The notes beneath the pieces are model-generated. The model did not search any database. It was given only the letters and a program-made list of their open reading frames with translations, and was not told the origin of the DNA. From contig JBBDRM010000155.1 of the NCBI GenBank assembly GCA_040905475.1, positions 2,122-66,121 of the forward strand: DNA of 64,000 nucleotides, in the 5' to 3' direction. Of this stretch, positions 59,701 to 64,000 are shown piece after piece. Position numbers and translations under genes: made by a program. The DNA is from Actinomycetota bacterium. Lineage in GTDB: Bacteria > Actinomycetota > AC-67. How positions within the stretch are numbered: the stretch's first letter is position 1; each line of letters starts with the position of its first letter.

Positions 59701-60369
59701 TCAGGAACCGGGCGGAGTGGTGCGTCGCGCGAGGTAGGCGGCCGCTTCGGCCCGTCGTGATACCTCAAGCTTGGCGAGGATCGCGGAAACGTAGTTCTTG
59801 ACCGTCTTCTCGGCGAGCTTCAACGCCTCGCCGATCTCTCGGTTCGTCTTTCCCTCAGCCACAAGAGTGAGGATGCGCTCCTCTTGGGGCGACAGGCGCG
59901 CAAGCTTCTCGTCCTTGAGCAGATCCTTGGTCTTCCGCAACCGGTCCAGGATCGCGCCGGTCACCGATGGGTCGAGCAGCGACTTGCCGTCGGCGACCGC
60001 CCGGATCGAACGGACGAGCTCGTCCCCCTTCACCTGTTTGAGGACGTAGCCCGACGCCCCGGCCATGATGGAAGCGAAGAGCGCCTCATCGTCGGCGAAC
60101 GAAGTCAGCATGATGACCTGCATCTCCGGGCGCTTCGCGCGGATCTCCCGGGTTGCTTCGATCCCGCTCCCGTCCGCCAGGCGGACGTCCATGACGATAA
60201 CGTCCGGCCTTCCGATCCCGGCGCGCTCGACGGCATCTGCTACCGAGCCCGCCTCCGCGACCACGGTCATCTCACCCGTGGACTCCAGCATCGCCTTGAG
60301 CCCTTGCCGCACGACCTCGTGATCGTCCACGAGCATGACGCGGATCAGACCGGCGCTCTTCTCGCTCAA
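59701..60369 (-). CDS. NarL/LuxR-family response regulator, DosR/DevR-like
   Basis: REC domain (RVMLVDDHEVVRQGL...VIVMDVRL) plus LuxR HTH (LSPQEERILTLVAEGKTNREIGEALKLAEKTVKNYVSAILAKL); immediately downstream of the GAF kinase. Confidence 0.85.
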   Translation of the reverse strand: MSEKSAGLIRVMLVDDHEVVRQGLKAMLESTGEMTVVAEAGSVADAVERAGIGRPDVIVMDVRLADGSGIEATREIRAKRPEMQVIMLTSFADDEALFASIMAGASGYVLKQVKGDELVRSIRAVADGKSLLDPSVTGAILDRLRKTKDLLKDEKLARLSPQEERILTLVAEGKTNREIGEALKLAEKTVKNYVSAILAKLEVSRRAEAAAYLARRTTPPGS

Positions 60370-60376
60370 ATTCGCC

Positions 60377-62008
60377 TCAGATCGGGATACGGACGCGGAC
60401 CCAAGTGCCGCGGCCCGGCTCCGACTCTATCTCCAGATCCCCGCCGAGTGATTCAGCCCGGTCCTGGAGATTGGGGAGCCCTTGCCCGCGCCCCATCACT
60501 TGCCCCAGCTCGAACCCTTTGCCGTTGTCGGCGATCTCGAGCAGGGCGGCGTCCCCGGCCATGTTCAGGCTCACCGTGATGTGGTCGCAGCCGGAGTGGC
60601 GGACCGCATTGGAGATCGCTTCTCGCGCGGCGGACAAAACGTCCGACGCCCGCCCCGCGAGCTGGGAAACGGCTCCGTCGTCCGAGTACACGTCGATCTC
60701 CGCTTGTGATCCTTTGGCAAAGCCCGCAGCGAGGTCGCGAAGCGACCGGTCGAGCTGCCGGTCTGCGGCGACCCCCGGCCGCAGACCGAAGATGTAGTTG
60801 CGGAGGTCGCGGATGACGCGGTCGATGTTCTCGACGGCCTGGACGAGCCGTGCCTCCATCGCCGATGGGTCGTTCACGATCGCGAGGGAAGCCTGGAGCG
60901 CCATCCCCTCCGCGAACAAGGATTGGATCACGTCGTCGTGAAGCTCCTTCGCGATGCGTTCCCGATCCTCCACAAGCGCCAGGCGCTGCAGCTCCCCCTG
61001 GATGCGGGACTGCTCGAGCGCGACCGCAGCCTGTGCGGCGAAGGTACGGACCACGCTCGCATCTTCCTCGGTGAATCCCCGTCCACCATCCCTATTGGCC
61101 ACGGCGAGCGTGCCGAAGACGCGGTCTCGGACCGCCAGCGGCGCGAAGACCGCCGGCCCCATGTCGCCCAGCTCCACGAGCGGTTGTGGGAGATGCGGAT
61201 CGGCCGACAGATCGTTCGGTTCCGGGCCTTCCCCCTTCGCGATCAGCTCCGCCGAAAGAGCAGCTTCCCCCGGGAACGTGCTTCCCTCGAGCAGGTCCGC
61301 GCGCTCGCCGACCGCGACGCGAACCACGAGTTCGCTGCCCCCGGGGATCGGCGTCGCGATGGTGGCCACCGCGGAGTCGACCAGCTCCCGCGCCCGCGCG
61401 GCGATCAATCGCAGCACCTCGTTTGAAGGACGCCCTCCGAGGATCGCCTGAGTGATCTCGTTGACCGCCTCGAGACGCCGCTGACCCATCTGCGCAGCGT
61501 GGTAGAGCCGCGCATTCTCCACCGCCACGGCGGCTTGGGCGGCGAGCCGGATCACCGCCTCCTCGTCCGACTCGGAGAACTCGGGTGCACCTCGCTTCTC
61601 GGTGAGATACAGGTTCCCGAATACCCTCCCACGGATGGCGATCGGCACCCCCAGGAACGAGGTCATCGGCGGGTGGTTCGGGGGGAAGCCGACCGACCGA
61701 GGGTGATCCTGGATCCGTTTCAATCGCAGCGGCTGCGCGTCCGTGATGAGAACGCCGAGGATCCCTCGTCCGATGGGGAGCCGGCCGATCGCATGGCGTT
61801 GCTCTTCCGTGATGCCGTGCGTGACGAACTCTTGGAGGGTACCGCCATCCGGCGCGATGACGCCGAGCGCTCCGTAGCGAGCGTGGGCGACCTCTGCCGA
61901 CAACTCCACGATCTTCTGAAGCGTGGCGGGAAGGGACAGGTCCGACGTCAGGGCAAGCGCCGCCCGAACGAGGGCATCTTCCATGCTTGTGGCAGCATCC
62001 CGGGTCAT
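60377..62008 (-). CDS. double-GAF sensor histidine kinase, DosS/DosT (DevS)-like
   Basis: Two GAF domains, HisKA_3 H-box (ERERIAKELHDDVIQSLF) and HATPase_c (GQGLPNLQDRAESLGG). Confidence 0.85.
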   Translation of the reverse strand: MTRDAATSMEDALVRAALALTSDLSLPATLQKIVELSAEVAHARYGALGVIAPDGGTLQEFVTHGITEEQRHAIGRLPIGRGILGVLITDAQPLRLKRIQDHPRSVGFPPNHPPMTSFLGVPIAIRGRVFGNLYLTEKRGAPEFSESDEEAVIRLAAQAAVAVENARLYHAAQMGQRRLEAVNEITQAILGGRPSNEVLRLIAARARELVDSAVATIATPIPGGSELVVRVAVGERADLLEGSTFPGEAALSAELIAKGEGPEPNDLSADPHLPQPLVELGDMGPAVFAPLAVRDRVFGTLAVANRDGGRGFTEEDASVVRTFAAQAAVALEQSRIQGELQRLALVEDRERIAKELHDDVIQSLFAEGMALQASLAIVNDPSAMEARLVQAVENIDRVIRDLRNYIFGLRPGVAADRQLDRSLRDLAAGFAKGSQAEIDVYSDDGAVSQLAGRASDVLSAAREAISNAVRHSGCDHITVSLNMAGDAALLEIADNGKGFELGQVMGRGQGLPNLQDRAESLGGDLEIESEPGRGTWVRVRIPI

Positions 62009-62104
62009 AACGACCTCAGCGTATCAGCGGGCCGGTCGGCCTCATGGCGAGGGGTCGTTCGGCCTGGATGACCGATGCCGGCGGCGAGTACGGTCGCCGT
62101 GGGA

Positions 62105-62782
62105 ATGGAGGTGTTCGTTCTGAGCGCAAGGCAGAAAAGGCTGCGCGTGATGCTCGTGGACGATCACGAGGTCGTACGCAACGGCATCCGCGCGCTGCTC
62201 GATTCCCAGGAAGACATGAAGGTCGTCGGCGACGCGGGGACGGTGCGAGAGGCGGTCGACCTGGCCGACCTATGCAGGCCGGACGTCGTGGTGATGGACG
62301 TCCGGCTCCCCGACGGAAGCGGCGTCGAGGCAACCCGTGACATCCGGTCCAAGCGTCCGGAAACGAAGGTCGTGATGTTGACCTCCTACGCGGACGATGA
62401 AGCCCTGTTCGCCTCGATCGCGGCCGGCGCGTCCGGATACGTCCTCAAACAGGTCCTGGGGAACGACATCGTCGCTTCGATCCGGGCCCTCGGCGCCGGG
62501 GAGACGCTTCTGGACCCCGGCCTGACCGCATCGGCGATGGATCGGATGCGCAAAGGGAAGCATCTCCTCGGCGATCCTCGCCTTGCGCGCTTGTCGCCTC
62601 AAGAAGAGCGGGTCCTCGAACAGATCGCAGAAGGAAGGACGAACGGCCAGATCGCCCTGGCCCTCGGACTGGCCGAAAAGACCGTCAAGAACTACGTTTC
62701 GAGCGTCCTGATGAAGCTCGAGGTTGGGCGTCGCGCCGAGGCCGCCGCATACGTCGCTCGCCACGCAACCGTCGAAGCCTGA
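62105..62782 (+). CDS. NarL/LuxR-family response regulator, second DosR-like paralog
   Basis: High similarity to the 59701-60369 product throughout (LRVMLVDDHEVVRNGIRALL...LSPQEERVLEQIAEGRTNGQIA...); divergent from the kinase gene; start Met chosen by alignment to the paralog. Confidence 0.8.
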   Translation: MEVFVLSARQKRLRVMLVDDHEVVRNGIRALLDSQEDMKVVGDAGTVREAVDLADLCRPDVVVMDVRLPDGSGVEATRDIRSKRPETKVVMLTSYADDEALFASIAAGASGYVLKQVLGNDIVASIRALGAGETLLDPGLTASAMDRMRKGKHLLGDPRLARLSPQEERVLEQIAEGRTNGQIALALGLAEKTVKNYVSSVLMKLEVGRRAEAAAYVARHATVEA

Positions 62783-62798
62783 TCGCGAGGCCGGCCGC

Positions 62799-63101
62799 TC
62801 AGAAAGAACAGGTTCGGGCGCGCAGCACGTCGTCCGCGCCTGCGGTATCGAGAAGGTCCTTGGTCGTCCGATGGGCGACGAACCAGCGCATCGCCTCCGG
62901 GCCGAGGCGGGACGGCAGATCCAAGACGAGAAGCCCGCAGCGGCCTTTGGCTTCGTCGAAGTATCCACACGAGGCCGCGCCACAGTGATCCGCGCTCTCA
63001 TGGGGCGCCAATCCGCACAGCGTTCCCAACACTTCAACCAAGCGAGCCCGCTCTGCGAATGTCTCCTTCATGACATCGGCTCCGGCTGCGAACGTAATCA
63101 T
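62799..63101 (-). CDS. small Cys-containing hypothetical protein
   Basis: 100 aa; CGLAPHESADHCGAASCGYFDEAKGRCG; weak coding support. Confidence 0.3.
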   Translation of the reverse strand: MITFAAGADVMKETFAERARLVEVLGTLCGLAPHESADHCGAASCGYFDEAKGRCGLLVLDLPSRLGPEAMRWFVAHRTTKDLLDTAGADDVLRARTCSF

Positions 63102-63299
63102 GACCGCTCACCCCTCTTCGTCCCATCGACGATGCGGCTCAGCATTGAGACGCGCTAGGGCCCTTCGCCCGCGCCGTTTCGGGCCGGATGGAGGCGGCCT
63201 CCAGAAGGGACCGTGGAGAAAGGAGGCTAAAGGCCCTACTGCCGGACGTCGTGGCGTCTCAGGATCGAACCAAGGATCACAAGGTTGGAGGTGAGCGCC

Positions 63300-63584
63300 A
63301 TGGCATGGTTCCGACGCATAGCACTCAAACCCGAAGGCGCTCCGGCCTTCGTTCAGTGCCCCGGATGCAGCTTCGACTTCGTCACGGGGGAGGGAACTCG
63401 ATCCTGCAGCTGGTACGAATGCCCGTACCTGCCCGAGGAGTACAAAGTCTTCTGCCCCGGGTGCAACTACAACTTCGCGACCCGCGAAGGGAACCCGCAC
63501 TGCAGCGACCCGCCGTCGTGCGACTTCGCCGCGGAGGGGTACCGGCACGCCCGGCTCGCGCGTAAGAGATTCGGCTCTCTCTGA
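63300..63584 (+). CDS. Cys-rich small protein with tandem CPGC-type zinc-finger-like repeats
   Basis: Internal duplication: VQCPGCSFDFVTGEGTRSCSWYECPY and VFCPGCNYNFATREGNPHCSDPPSCDF. Confidence 0.5.
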   Translation: MAWFRRIALKPEGAPAFVQCPGCSFDFVTGEGTRSCSWYECPYLPEEYKVFCPGCNYNFATREGNPHCSDPPSCDFAAEGYRHARLARKRFGSL

Positions 63585-63766
63585 GGGCGGGTCGATGTCC
63601 GGTTCGCCCCGTTCGGGACCCCCGGGAGGGGCCGTTCGGCCCGGACGAGACCCGGAAGAGCATCCCGGCACGAGGCTGTTCGGCCCCTGGCGGAGGTGTT
63701 GCAGACACATAGCCTCATGTACGAGGCCCGGTCACGGAGGATCGGGCGAGGAAAGAGGAGGAAGCC

Positions 63767-64000
63767 ATGAAGCGTCGCACGTTCGACCTGCTGATGACGA
63801 CGGGGGGAGCAGTCATCGTCGTCGTGCTCCTCGTCGCGGGAGCGTTGCTGTTCGTCGGGTACAACTTCGCCAACGACAACGTCACCCAGCAACTGAGTTC
63901 CCAGCAGATCTTCTTCCCCAAGGCGGACAACCCAGGTTTGAAGGACGACCGGATCGGCCCGTACATCTCGCAGTACGCGGGCAAGCAGCTCACGACCGGC
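63767..64000 (+). CDS. membrane protein, 5' partial (continues beyond window)
   Basis: GAGGAGGAAG RBS, MKRRTFDLLMTTGGAVIVVVLLVAGALLFVGY N-terminal TM; ORF open to window end. Confidence 0.5.
   Translation, partial: MKRRTFDLLMTTGGAVIVVVLLVAGALLFVGYNFANDNVTQQLSSQQIFFPKADNPGLKDDRIGPYISQYAGKQLTTG

Overview
This 64 kb window is about 70% GC and shows no rRNA, tRNA, CRISPR array, transposase or integrase. The gene content (DUF4193, DUF3152, an F420-type LLM oxidoreductase, WS/DGAT, a DosS/DosR-like two-component pair and delta-60 repeats) points to an Actinomycetota chromosome. The six-frame track contains many long antisense ORFs, which I treat as high-GC artefacts. The real genes are densely packed and often overlap by 4 nt (ATGA/GTGA), which suggests translational coupling.

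Gene content from start to end:
- Pyruvate:ferredoxin oxidoreductase porD-porA-porB at the 5' edge.
- A minus-strand cluster for a TAT-exported Psr/Phs/Ttr-type molybdopterin oxidoreductase (catalytic, 4Fe-4S and NrfD-type membrane subunits). It is followed by a small 2-TM protein, a TorD-family chaperone and an unusual ferredoxin protein that also carries two MvhD/FlpD-like domains.
- A TolB-like PD40 protein, then an ECF sigma factor overlapping an anti-sigma factor with a beta-propeller ectodomain.
- A lipid-storage neighbourhood: WS/DGAT, a PlsC-like acyltransferase, an alpha/beta hydrolase and an LLM oxidoreductase.
- A frameshifted delta-60 repeat protein, then acetoacetate decarboxylase and an acyl-CoA dehydrogenase.
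- A moeA remnant beside a DUF6457-like gene, then a DUF3152 gene.
- Malic enzyme, an acetyl-CoA-synthetase-like ligase and 2-oxoacid dehydrogenase E1alpha/E1beta/E2 with no E3 in the window.
- A FadD-like ligase, a GNAT acetyltransferase and a universal stress protein.
- A branched-chain amino-acid ABC transporter (LivK/H/MG/F, with M and G fused) followed by two coupled genes of unknown function.
- A four-subunit soluble [NiFe]-hydrogenase (group 3b-like hyhBGSL) with its maturation protease and hypC. A stand-alone cNMP-binding gene sits between hyhB and hyhG and appears frame-disrupted.
- TlpA/DsbB thiol-disulfide genes, a second universal stress protein and a CBS-BON protein.
- A DosS-like double-GAF sensor kinase with two paralogous DosR/NarL-type response regulators.

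Notable oddities:
- A two-gene module (a 153-aa Cys-containing protein plus a secreted protein) is duplicated about 10 kb apart.
- Three HMA-like genes carry HCxxC motifs; one is only a truncated remnant that keeps about 85% nucleotide identity to another copy.
- Two homopolymer-associated frameshifts and a multi-frame moeA remnant may be pseudogenes or read errors.
- A perfect 14-bp inverted repeat lies in a divergent promoter region.
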